Shown here in pieces: positions 1-10,699 of a DNA stretch of 38,023 nucleotides. The position numbers and the translations under genes were made by a program. The notes beneath the pieces are model-generated. The model saw nothing but the letters and a program-made list of their open reading frames with translations. It had not been told where the DNA came from and made no database searches. Source of the stretch: Octopus bimaculoides. Lineage: Eukaryota. Position 1 is the stretch's first letter; each line of letters starts with the position of its first letter. The stretch lies in assembly GCF_001194135.2 (NCBI RefSeq), contig NC_068993.1, positions 64,981,763 through 65,019,785 on the forward strand, written 5' to 3'.

Positions 1-252
1 AAAGTATTTGACATGAGTGTTTTCGTTTCACTTTTGACACGTAATACTTAAATAGTGGAGGAGATATTATGTTGCCGTGGGCTCGAACTCTGGAAGAAGT
101 TAAAAATTTTTTTTGACTAAAACACAACTGGAACCCTAAGTAAGGCATGTGTAAAATTTGAATGAAATTGGTTGCGTAGTTTTCGAGTTTTAGGGATTCA
201 CACACACACACACAGACAGACAGACACATATTCTTATTTTTATATATATAGA
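1..252 (+). mobile_element. 3' end of a non-autonomous rolling-circle-like (Helitron/Helentron, Lep1/DINE-1-type) repeat, truncated by the window edge
   Basis: Layout AAAATTTGAATGAAATTGGTTGCGTAGTTTTCGAG, then a CA/CAGA microsatellite, then TTTTTATATATATAGAT resembles the terminus of Lep1/DINE-1-like elements. Recognised by eye only. Confidence 0.4.
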
Positions 253-330
253 TTATTAAGCGATGTCAAGACAAGGAGACATACACACACACATACACAC
301 ACACATACACACACACATACACATACCACA

Positions 331-456
331 ATAGGCTTCTTTTAGTTTTCATCTACCAAACCTATTCACAAGGTTTTGGTCAACCTAAATAGAAGACATG
401 CTAGAGATGGCATGCATTGAAACTGAACTTGAAACTATATGGCTGAGAAGCAAAAG
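331..456 (-). mobile_element. tRNA-derived SINE fragment, antisense
   Basis: Reverse complement resembles the 5' half of the SINE at 13097-13465 (AAGCTTGCTT...CCTTGTG...GGTAGA...AGAAG), followed by a CA microsatellite. Confidence 0.55.
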
Positions 457-572
457 CACAAGACCACAAATTTGGGAGTCAGGCAGAAGGACAATTGCAG
501 GATGGTGGAAACAATTGTCATACAGAATAAAGACTAATACCAAATCCATCTTCTGTTTCATTAATCAATTAT

Positions 573-612
<40 letters not shown>

Positions 613-739
613 CACATATATTCTTTTTTACTTTTACTTGTTTCAGTCATTTGACTGTGATCATGCTGGAACATCTATACACACAGATACAAACAGTGTA
701 ATACACACACAGAGTAACATCCACACACAAGACAAACAT

Positions 740-1175
740 ACACACACCTATGATAAATATAAGAAAAAGTGATAAGTAAACAAATAAAAAACTATATAAA
801 GGGCATGGATACAAACAACACAGTAAGCAAACAAAGATACACACACAGTAACTTTACAAATGGCTGCAACAACAACAACAACATGAATGAACACACAAAC
901 ACAGAAAGATACCAGAACAATATGAAAAGTAAGTGTCAAGAACAACAGCAGAAGAGAAAATGTAGGTGAGGGGAGAGTGCAAGTAGCACTAAGAATGATG
1001 GTGACAATATAAAAGGCAGATAGAAATAGTGTAGTGGGTATACACACACATAAGCACATGTGCAAAACATACAGACATGCATATGTATGCACATGCACAC
1101 ACAGATGCAAACGCATATACATCATAGAAGGACAGAATGGACTAAGTAGAGCAGCAGAATACATGTATGAAAGAC
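740..1175 (+). repeat. Dispersed repeat homologous to the Penelope-associated terminal region at ~11300-11570
   Basis: 791-832 matches 11384-11425 at 38/42 positions. A second block from 1113 matches the block from 11506. Confidence 0.7.
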
Positions 1176-1503
1176 AGTTTAAATGATGTGTGTGTGTGTG
1201 TGTGTGTGCGTCTGTGCATGTGCATATACAGACATATGTACATACATACATACATACACATGACAGGCTTCGACACAGATTTCCTCTACTAATTTCACTC
1301 AAAGTACATTGACCAGTGCAAGGCTACAGATGAAGACACATGCCAAAAGTGCTCCAGTCAGATGGATACCAAAACCATGTTGTTACATGGCATCAGGTGC
1401 CAAACCATTGAATAATACCTTGAGGAACTATTGAAAAAAAAATAAATAATCAAATGAAATAAATTCAATGTAAAATAAGGGTAAATAAATCAGAAGAACT
1501 TAC

Positions 1504-1540
1504 AGCATTTAGAGCATAGATTGGAACCATCCATAGTATT
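1504..1540 (-). CDS. TMEM184C: TMEM184C coding exon 2 (37 nt; R-ILWMVPIYALNA)
   Basis: Minus strand reads ctctcttcag|A ATA CTA TGG ATG GTT CCA ATC TAT GCT CTA AAT GCT|gtaag. The phase-2 start completes the AG left by exon 1. ILWMVPIY is the conserved TMEM184 motif after HIIR/PIIR. Confidence 0.93.
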
Positions 1541-1832
1541 CTGAAGAGAGAAGAAAAACTCAGCTTTAGTATACAGAAGATTATATTACGATACTACCAT
1601 TTCGTTGTACTATATCATTATCATAATCAACAACAACAGTAGCCAGGTTTGAAGTAATGTATGAATATCTACATGGCCATTCAACTTGCCATAAGTAGTA
1701 GCAGCTTCATCATATTCAAATCATAATTGTCTCAATAAAGGAAGAGTATATTGAGTAGCTATATAAATATTGATTTTTTTTTTTATGTCATATATAAGTT
1801 TGTTTTTTGAAGCACTGAAATGTATTGTAGTA

Positions 1833-2154
1833 CAAATAGAAAGATATATTGTTCAACACGTAAATACTGATAGAATAGCATGTTGTTCTATCAGTATTTA
1901 TGCATTGAAAAACATGATGCAATCTATATTACATCTAGCGTTTTGGGATGACTTTATAAGTTCTAAATTGCAGAAAAAATTGTCAGTAAAGCAGTTTAGG
2001 TTAATGGTAAAGCACTTGACTGGAAATCAAAAGGAGGTGAGTTCGATTCACATGGCTGGTTGCTGACAAATTTTTTTTCTGCTCTGTAAGGATTTTATCC
2101 TATATATACTGTTCTATCAGTATTTATGTGTTGAAAAATATATCTTTCTACCTG
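1833..2154. mobile_element. MITE with 48-bp terminal inverted repeats and TA flanks (Tc1/mariner-pogo-like), with a tRNA-like core
   Basis: 1833-1880 matches the reverse complement of 2107-2154 at 42/48 positions. TA lies at 1831-1832 and 2155-2156. The better-preserved right TIR reads CAGGTAG... from its end. Confidence 0.7.
1990..2061 (+). pseudogene. Degenerate tRNA-like sequence inside the MITE
   Basis: A-box-like TAGGTTAATGG (1997-2007), anticodon arm TTGA-CTGGAAA-TCAA (2016-2030) and B-box-like GAGTTCGATTC (2039-2049), at tRNA-like spacing. D, T and acceptor stems are imperfect. Confidence 0.55.
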
Positions 2155-2743
2155 TACTATTGATTCTTTTTTTTTTTTTTTATAGAAGCACAAAACTTCA
2201 TAGCTCTGCTTAATCAGAGTTGGCAATATTGACTAATAAAGAGAAACAGTTAACTACTAGGGCATCTGTCAAACCAGATGCCCTACAATATTTGTTCCAG
2301 ATCTTTGCCTTTTGAGTTCAAATCCCATTGTGGCCTACTTGGGTAGTAGACTTAATTCATTGTTTGGTCTAACACAACTATCTGGCATTTTGAGTGCTTT
2401 AAGCAGCATCCACTCATCTGCAAACATTTGGGCTAAGTTTCAGTCTTAGTGACCCTGCTCTTCATTCCTGGCTAAAAGAGTTTAAAGTACTTCAAACAGT
2501 ATGTTAACAGAAAATGGTAAACACTGAATTAAATGACAGTATTTCATTAACCTATTTTATGTTCTTTGTTCAAATCAAATCTCAGGAGGAATGGGATTCA
2601 ACTTTATTCTTTGTCCTTATTTATAAAATAAATACCAATCATGTACTAAGATAAATTCAATTAACTACACTCCTACTACTTGGGTACTTGATGCTCATCT
2701 GCAAATTATTATCTTTATTATTGTTATCATCATTATTATGTAA

Positions 2744-2891
2744 GGCGGCAAACTGGCAGAATTGTTAGTACTCTGGGCAAAATGCTTCGTGGTATTTCGT
2801 CTGCCGCTATGTTCTGCATTCAAATTCTGCAGGGGTTGACTTTGCCTTTCATCCTTTTGGAGTCAATAAATTAAGTACCAGTGAGACACTG
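2744..2891 (+). mobile_element. tRNA-derived SINE (head and core), cut by an assembly gap
   Basis: GGCGGCAAACTGGCAGAATTGTTAG...TTCAAATTC...GACTTTGCCTTTCATCC...AATTAAGTACCAGT. Related degenerate copies lie at ~2941-3000, ~3200-3390 and ~5650-5740 (antisense). Confidence 0.75.
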
Positions 2892-2901
2892 NNNNNNNNN
2901 N
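2892..2901. other. Assembly gap (10 N)
   Basis: Run of N in the sequence. Confidence 1.
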
Positions 2902-4936
2902 TTGCGGAAAACTTTGAAACCATTATTTTCATTATTTAATGCGGTGGGCTGACAGGATCGTTAGTGTGCTGAGTGAAATGCTCAGTGGTATTTCATCCAC
3001 CTGAGTTACGACTGTCTGACATGCATCAAAGCACCATGGTGCACTGATGTTTCAGTTTTTAGCAGGATTTCTGTTGCTCTTCCTAACAACAACCACTTTA
3101 CATAAGCAAAAGTTCAATATTATTTTTAAATTAATATGGAGTCAAAAATCCACTACTCTTGAGATCAAGATGATGTGGTAATGGTTGAAAAGCCTCAGGG
3201 TAGTTGATTGGCAGGATTGTTAGAGCTAAGAACAAAATTGCCTCATAGTATTTAGTTATAGCCCTTTATGTCCTGAGATCAAACCTTCGCAAAGGTTTTT
3301 GTTGAAATAGACATTAGTTAAGTAGTGGAGTTGATGTAATCAACCACCCCCACCAAATGCAAGGTCTTGTGCCCACATAAGAAATCAATATGTACGTAGT
3401 AATTCTTAATCAGACGATTAGTAACCAAAGATGATCTTGGCAAGATTTGAAGTCAGAATTGTAAAGTGATAAAGTACTAGTGGGACGGACCCACGAATAT
3501 TTCATGGAATTAACAGTAAAACTATTGGGTAGTTCCTGAAAACTTTATCCCCAAAACCTGAAAGCATAGCCTGTATCAAAAAATATTCACTCATCTGTTA
3601 TATGGAGGTTACAATTTAATGAGGGTAAAAATTTAATACAACATGGCATACTCTGAAAACTACATTGTTGGTAACTTATAAGCCCAAGTGATGGATTAGA
3701 GCCAATAAACATTTCAATTTGCACACACCTTTCAATCCAATCTTATTTTACTTACCCCCTTTAAATTACACCTTGCGCCTGGTTTAATAGTATGAATATT
3801 ACTTAAAGACACCTATAAAAACTTCAGATACTTTTCCCAAATATCTTCGTTAAATAATTTTTGCACTTCCAATTACAAAATGTAGCTCAAGTGAAAGTTA
3901 AAAATAAACACGAAACAAAAATGATAGGTAAAGGAGAACGGTCTTGATGGAGTTGTCATCACGTGTTAATATACGCCCATTCTTATGACAATAACAGAGA
4001 TATCAATTTACGAAATACGTATAACTCAATTTTCAGGATATTCTTACGTGTTAAGATGTTCAAGCGTTTTTGTTGTTGTTTTGCTTCCTTTTCTACCAGA
4101 AAGAAACGGAATGTATCCACCTGATTAGGTAAACGTGCAGAAATTTATAAAATCCATTCCGAATTTCTAAAAGCCAGGAGCGAAATAAATGCAAAAGCAT
4201 TTGATTCTGTCAGCTGGATGTGTTCCCCATTCTTTCATAGAAGTTGTTACCGTAGTTCTACACGAGAAAAGAAATCGCAGACTTCTTTTAGCAATAAACC
4301 CTATAAGCTTTTCGTCATATCTAAAAGCTGCTATGACAGATTATATCAAAGATGGACTATACTCACACTTTCGAGCTTCCATGAGGTAGAACCATCGAAC
4401 AGAACATAATTTCGAATAATTAGTCGAATGACCATTGTATTGTAGTAAACTACATGATTGCCTAAGCGTGGGCTAACTCAGCCAGAACGTTTGCCAGAAT
4501 AACACATCCTAACATCAACGGTGAACCCCAGTTAAACCCAAAGAAAATATCTAGACTACTTCTTTCCTCCTCGGTAAGGACTGCATCACATGAACAAAAA
4601 CATTCTTTCAAAACCATATTATGAGCCTTATGACCGCGAATGCACCCCTGACCTTCGAGCTATGTTGAGCTTTTATGTCCATCGATGCGTATTTAAAGCG
4701 TAAAATCCTAAAACTCATAAAGCACATTAAAAGATCCACAAAAGAATCTAGCGTTGAGGGCAAAAGAAATCATGGTGCAGCTCAACGAAGATGGAAACCT
4801 TAACAACTCGACAATAAATCTTACGAGTAAAAACAAAAGCAAACGTTCAGCACTTTACTGTCTGGATACACAGAGTCTGTAAAGTTGTGGAGAAAGGAAA
4901 GGTGATGAGGTTTTACGTGATGAGGAATTCGCTTAC

Positions 4937-5181
4937 CTGATGATGTGACGCTGAAGGTGAGCCTGGGTATAATGGATAAGATGTTGAAGAATTCCCCATA
5001 AAGATATCGGTAGAGCCATCATGACGAACAGACCTCCAACAAACCAACCTTCCACATGAGTTTCAGCTCCAGCTTTGTGCAATTCTACGATGCAAAGAGG
5101 CAAGGCCACTAAAAGGCAGACGCCATAAAAAGTCATGACTAATGGACGAATCCAATGTCTCCATCTTAGCAACAAATCCAT
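4937..5181 (-). CDS. TMEM184C: TMEM184C coding exon 1 (transmembrane protein 184 / OST-alpha family)
   Basis: ATG at 5181 gives MDLLLRWRHWIRPLVMTFYGVCLLVALPLCIVEL...WFVGGLFVMMALPISLWGILQHLIHYTQAHLQRHIIR, which matches the TMEM184C N-terminus (W.WIRP, QHL.HYTQP.LQ..IIR). Donor AG|GTAAGC at 4936 is phase 2 and joins the 37-nt exon. The longer ORF from 5334 is probably 5' UTR read-through. Confidence 0.95.
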
Positions 5182-5289
5182 CGTCAAAGAAAACAACCGG
5201 GAAAAAACTCCATCGATTGACAAACAGAAACAAGAGAAATGCAGAGAAAAAGATACGGAAACGGCAACAAGAGAAGTGGGAAGAAATTT

Positions 5290-5335
5290 GTTTGTCAAAA
5301 CATAGGCGGTGATAACGGAAGTAAATACTCTCATA
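5290..5335 (-). promoter_or_regulatory. Candidate TMEM184C core promoter / TSS region with an ETS-type motif
   Basis: CGGAAGT at 5316-5322, about 135 bp upstream of the ATG, at the edge of a CpG-containing stretch. Motif evidence only. Confidence 0.35.
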
Positions 5336-6050
5336 AATTAATGCCCAATTGTCGGATTAAATATTGCAAGTCCAATGTACGATCATTTAGAAATCTATCA
5401 TATGTAACCTAATTTTGATATAATAATGAGGTCGACATATCAAGTTTGAAAGCCTTCTTTCTCCTGTTGGAACATAAAAAAAAACTAAGTTTTGTCTCTG
5501 GTCCTCAATTACAAGTAAAAGTTGATTTCAAAGGGAAGTAACAGAAATTACATGGCAAGGATAACTGTTCAGTCTTTAATGGTTCTAATGTATTTATTCA
5601 TAAATGTTACTGATTTAGGTACAAGATCAATAATATAGAGGGGAAGGGATATTCGATACCTCTACATCAGTATTTGACTGATATTGTATCGACCCCAAAA
5701 AGACGAAAGGTAACGTTGAACTCAGCGAAGCGGATGTCAGCGATAGATAGAACAATCAAGTTGGATTTCTTAGTTTTGACGAAGATTTTTCAGGGTTTTT
5801 TTTTTCCGTGGTGCCTTTCCGCAAAAAAAAAAAAAAAAAATTTCGAAAAACGATGGAGTCCTCTGCCTCCTTTCCTTTCCCCCGGACCGATTTTAGTCGG
5901 TTTTGTGGGCACTACGTGATTAAAAACGATAGGAGAGGCACTTTCGTTAAAAATTTTAAAAAGTATTTTTTCAGGCCCCATATTTATGAATTTCTTAACA
6001 ATACACATGGCATTTTTATTTCTCAAGCCTTTTTCCATTACTTAATTAAA

Positions 6051-6258
6051 TGTGTTTATGGGGAGAAAATAAACTGTAGTGCTATGAGCCAGGCTGTGTT
6101 AGAGGGAAAGAGCGGAAGTGAGGAGGTACGCATGTCCTGTCAGAAGTGGGGCCTGCGGGTCGGCGAGCGGTCAGTTGGCAGTGTGACCCCTTCCAGATAG
6201 ACAGGCAAGACCATTGTAATTCTCCCTTTGCTTCTGTCTTTTCCTCCTTCACATCACA
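6051..6258 (+). repeat. 5' LTR (short, internally deleted)
   Basis: From 6084 it aligns to 9867 onward and shares the ...CATCACA end. The TGTG start at 6051 is inferred from the TAAA flank; the first ~33 bp do not align to the 3' LTR. Confidence 0.7.
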
Positions 6259-6275
6259 AGCTATTTCGGTTAAAA

Positions 6276-7010
6276 ATGATGGGTATAGTCCGCGTTTCGA
6301 ACGAGGTGGTTAGGTCGTTTTGCGGCGAGGGAAGCGTCACCGCTTTGTTGAAAAAAAAAATTTGGTGGCAAAACTCCATGGTATACATTACCTAGCAAGT
6401 TTCATAACGTTGTACCTTGATGGATCGGCATTGACGCTATACCTGGAAATGGAGGAGAAGGACCAGTTAAGCGCAGGAAAAATAGAAGTCCGGCTGACGG
6501 AGGCTTTTACGGAAGGGCCATTCATGGCATATGGTCAACTGAGGAAAGCGAAGTGGACAGGGCGAATAGGTCGATGTGTTTGCCAAAGAAATCAGGAGAT
6601 TGGACAAACTTGAAGAAAAGAAGGTCGAAGCGATGGAACAAACAGTCAAATTAGCATTTAAGACTGGATTCCTGACCACATGGTTGAACTGCAAAAGCTG
6701 CCGAATATTCACTCCATGGCGATGGGAGAGGTAATATCTCAGGCCAGAATCCTCGCCTCATGTTGCAGGACAACACCGCTAGAAGGGGTCAAACAAAGAG
6801 CAGCAGAGAGGGGTTGAACAAGGAATGTGTGCGACCCTCCAGAGGGCAATGTTTTCAGTGTCAGGGTTCGCACATGGTGAGAGACTGCAAGGAACCCAAG
6901 CCTGCAGTAGTTTGCTGTCAGTGCAGACAAACAGGCTACATTGCTAGTGAATGCGTTCAGGGAAATGGTCTAAGGGAGACTACTGTGCCGGTAGTCCTGT
7001 CGAAAGAATA
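6276..7010 (+). pseudogene. Gypsy gag remnant
   Basis: FCGEGSVTALL (frameshift) LVAKLHGIHYLASFITLYLDGSALTLYLEMEEKDQ, followed by knuckles CFQCQGSHMVRDC and CCQCRQTGYIASEC. Confidence 0.8.
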
Positions 7011-7029
7011 GAGACACATACACAGTCGT

Positions 7030-9700
7030 TGCTAGTAGTGGAGGGAAAGGCATCATGAGCCCTTGTGGACACAGGCTGTTCAACAACCCTAATGACTCCA
7101 GAGGTGATAGAAGAATGGATTGGAATGAGTAGTGTAAGGGCTTTTGACAGTATAAAAGTTGGATGCAGAGGAAGTAGTGATGTGGAGATGGTAGTATGAG
7201 GAACGAGATTGAGGTTGTGTGCGATAGTGATCGACTGCATAGTTGACAGAATGGATGTGGTGATGAGAATAGACACCATTGCCCGTTTGGGTGGTGTCAC
7301 ATTCGGTGATGCAGGGGCAGTATGTGCCATGAGTCCACAACAGGAGAGTGGTAAGAGCTGTGAAGAAAAATATGCTGCACACACCATTACAGACAAGGAT
7401 TTTCGGGTTATGTTCAACGGCTGGCAGTGGACAGTAGAATGGTACTGGAAGGGAGATCCTCCAATGTTGAATAATGCAGTAGGCTGCTATCAGCATACCC
7501 TGAAAGAGGATGCCAGAAGCGAGTTCAAGGGAGAGGTGGAACAGTGGGTCAAGGAAGGCACTCTGATCCCTTGGAAGGAGGAAGTGGAGAGTGGAGTGCT
7601 ACCACTGACGGCAGTGAGGCAGGCAACGAAGCATAAAGTCAGGGTTAGGGTTAGATTTCCAGGAGCTGGACGACCACGTCTTGTGCCATACAGGCAGCGA
7701 ACCCATGGACATTTGCAGCAAAACCTTGAGAGATTGGAGGCAGACGATAGGGGGCTCCACAAACGTCGATTTGAAGTCGGCACACCTAAAGTTGCATGTG
7801 GCTGAGAGACTGGAAATATCAGCTAGTAATTTACAAGGGTCGGATATACTGCCTGATTAGGTTGGGATTCAGGCTGAATTCAGCACTGAAGATTATGGCA
7901 ACGATTCTCAAAACCATCCTGGGAAAGGTGGACAAAGTGAAAAGAGACACTAATTCTTATATTGACAACATCCTGGTGGACAAGAGCATAGTGTCGGCAA
8001 AGGAGGTCATAAGCCACCGTTTCGGGCTAACTGCCAAGCTACCAGAGGTGATGGAAGCAGGAGCTACACTGAGACTCAAGCTACAGAGAGACAAGGTTGG
8101 CGCATTGGTGTTCCGGAGAAGTATTGAGATCCCAGGACGAGTAGGTGAGAACTGTTTTCTGTGTGTGGGAAGCTGCTGGGACACTACCCAATTGCAAGAT
8201 GGCCCCGGACAGCATGCAGTTTCATCAAGAGGCAAGCTGATGGAGTGAGGTGGAATGACAAAGTGGACGAGAAGACAACTGCCATGATGCAAGAAGTCTT
8301 GGAGAGAGTGACTGTGGAGGACTCAGTAAGAGGAAACTGGTGTGTGCCCAAATTGAAGAATGGGATTGTGTGGTGTGATGCTAGCAGCATAGCAATGGGA
8401 GTTGTCCTGGGAATTGGATGTGTCATGGTGAAGGATGCAGCCTGGCTCAGGAAGAAGGACAGCTGCAACCACATCAACATGGCAGAGCTGGATGCTGTGT
8501 TGAAGGGGATGAACCTGACCCTGAGGTAGGGGCTGTGTACCATCGAGATCTGGACCGATTCAGCCACTGTACTTAGATGGGTGGGATCAGTGGTCACTGG
8601 CGAGCGGAGGGTACAAACCAAAAGGGGTGCAGATATGCTGATAAGACGCCACTTGGAAATTCTGGGTGAGCTAGCTGCCGAGTTTGACCTGAGGCTGAGT
8701 GTGGTTTTTGTGCCCTCTGAGAGGTATAGAGTGGACGTCCTAACCAGATTAAAGAAAGCCTGGTTGCAGGTGCTGGAGGTTCTGGAGCAAGGAGTGGCTG
8801 CAGTGTGTCAACTGCATGACTTGGAGCTGAGGCGACTGCATACCATGCATCACATGGGGGTTGACAGGACCCTATTCCTAGCCAGGAAAGTTGACCCTAA
8901 CGTGACCAGGCAGAGTGTGCAGAGAGTAGTTGGGAGCTGCGACAGGTGCCAGTCCATTGACCCCACTCCAGGTGTGCATGAGGCAGGAAGCATCCCAGCG
9001 GAACACAACTGGAAATTTTTGGCAGTGGACATAACGCACTACCGGCACGGGAATGCCTCTCAATGGTCAACTGCAGACCGGGGCGGTTGGCTATATGGAA
9101 AGAGATGAAAACGGGGACTGTGGAGGAAATTACAAGAATACTAAATAAGATATTCCTAGAACGAGTCAACGTGGATAAGCTGCTTGTGGACAGTGACACT
9201 GCTTTTCACTTGGCGGTGCTGGAGGAAATGCTCGACAAGTAGCATGCTAGACATTTCTTCAGGGTGGAATACCGGCCAAGTGGCAATTGGATTGTGGAGA
9301 GGCATCATCACACCATCAAGACCATGGTAGAGAGAGGCTACATCTCACCAGTCGAGGCCATTTTTTGGTATAATATGTCGCCCAGGTCAAGACAGACTGG
9401 GGAGTCAGTGCCACACAGGGCAATATTCAAGTACAAGTGGAGACATCCATGTACTGCATCGCTGCAACCTGCAGAAGAGAAAGAGCATGCCTTTGTGCAG
9501 GTTGGAGAAGAAGTCTGGGTTAAACCCCCAAATGCGCAGTGCACTTCACAATGGAGAAAGGGGACAATAACCTGTGTAAATTCGAGAAACAATGTGTTCT
9601 GTAGATGGCATGTCACATCATGTTTTAGATGTGAGCAGGATCCTCGATGCATCGGAAGATGCAACCAACAGTAATGGAGAAGAGGACGAAGCTGGCAGCA
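7030..9700 (+). pseudogene. Gypsy pol remnant (PR-RT-RH-IN)
   Basis: Protease ALVDTGCSTTL (~7060). RT YCLIRLGFRLNSA and SYIDNILVD. RNase H VWCDASS, HINMAELDAV and WTDS. Integrase HTMHHMG...CDRC, LAVDITHY and YRPSGNWIVER. Confidence 0.88.
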
Positions 9701-9792
9701 ACATATGCCAGGGACTGCGGCCAGTCCTGAAATCCCACAGAGGGAGCAGTGTCCTCCTCACTGGTTGGCTCATTATGACACAAGATAAGGTG

Positions 9793-10179
9793 TGTGATCA
9801 GGGTTGAGGAGAGGATGTGGGCAGGCTGGTTGAATGATCTTCAGATCAGGTGGGGCGGGGTATGTCATGAACCAGGCTGTGTTGGAGGGAAAGACCAGAT
9901 GTGAGGGAGTATGCATGTCCTGTCAGAATTGGGGCCTGTGGGTCCCACTGGAAGGGCCATGATGGGCATGCGGGGTTGGTGAGGTGGCAGTGGACAGCAT
10001 ATGAGAGTAGACCTGCTAGACGGTACGCCAGCAGATAAAACATGTGGAAAGTTGTAAGTGATCCCTTCCACATAGACCGTACTTTGGCAGACAGAGCATG
10101 TGGACATTGTGAGTGACCCCTTCTTGATAGACAGGTAAGACCACTGTAATACTTCTGTCTTTTCCTCCTTCACATCACA
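9793..10179 (+). repeat. 3' LTR (387 bp)
   Basis: TGTGAT...ATCACA 6-bp terminal inverted repeat, preceded by the purine-rich CAAGATAAGG (PPT position), and homologous to 6084-6258. Confidence 0.85.
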
Positions 10180-10699
10180 TAAACAAAGAAACAAGGAAGG
10201 TATCAGATGGTTGTGAGATGTGCTAAAAGCAACAGCTAAATCACACTTAACCTTTTCCACAGTCAAACCATATTCAACACCGTGTTTATGAATTTGTTTC
10301 TCTCACCATGATACATTTTTCTATTACTCACAGGAAAAATAAATGAATTTCTTTGCCGTTGAAAAACTGAAAATTATTAAAACTCACTGGAAACAATGAG
10401 CTGCAGTGAAGAAATACAAGTTGAAATGTTGATGAAATGAAAGTAATAAGGTGGCAGGAAAATTTTAATTTCGGTTTCAATATTAAATTCTAACCATTTC
10501 TGATTTGTACTCCAAAGCAAATTAGCAGCATGATTGAAGTTTGGAAACATTACCTATTTTTTTAGTGCAGTTATTTCTAGATTAAGCCTACAAATAATTA
10601 TAGATTATTTGAAGGAAAAAAGAATACTTTCTAAACACTAGAAATTTACCTGTTGTAAGTTGATGAGATTCATAAAATGTCAGAAGAGTTGCGATGAAA

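Larger units (their letters stand above)
6051..10179 (+). mobile_element. Decayed Ty3/Gypsy LTR retrotransposon (~4.1 kb)
   Basis: Domain order is gag with two CCHC knuckles, protease (ALVDTG), RT (YIDN), RNase H, then integrase (HHCC), with many stops and frameshifts. Both LTRs end in CTTCTGTCTTTTCCTCCTTCACATCACA. TAAA flanks both ends as a possible TSD. Confidence 0.93.

Noticed and set aside
398-1302. Several 65-184 aa ORFs on both strands
   Set aside because: They are translations of CA/TG microsatellites and a repeat (HTHT, CVCV runs), with no domain or splice support.
4189-4409. Two overlapping plus-strand ORFs in TMEM184C intron 1
   Set aside because: Short, with no recognisable motif or supporting exon structure.
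5182-5334. 51-codon N-terminal extension of TMEM184C in the ORF track
   Set aside because: Family similarity starts at the ATG at 5181. The extension looks like pyrimidine-rich 5' UTR that happens to be open.
5790-6050. Lys/Phe-rich ORFs around T10/A17 homopolymers
   Set aside because: They result from homopolymer runs and possibly lower-quality sequence.
7644-7657. AGGGTTAGGGTTAG telomere-like motif inside the Gypsy RT
   Set aside because: Only about two units within retroelement coding sequence, best explained as a small local duplication.
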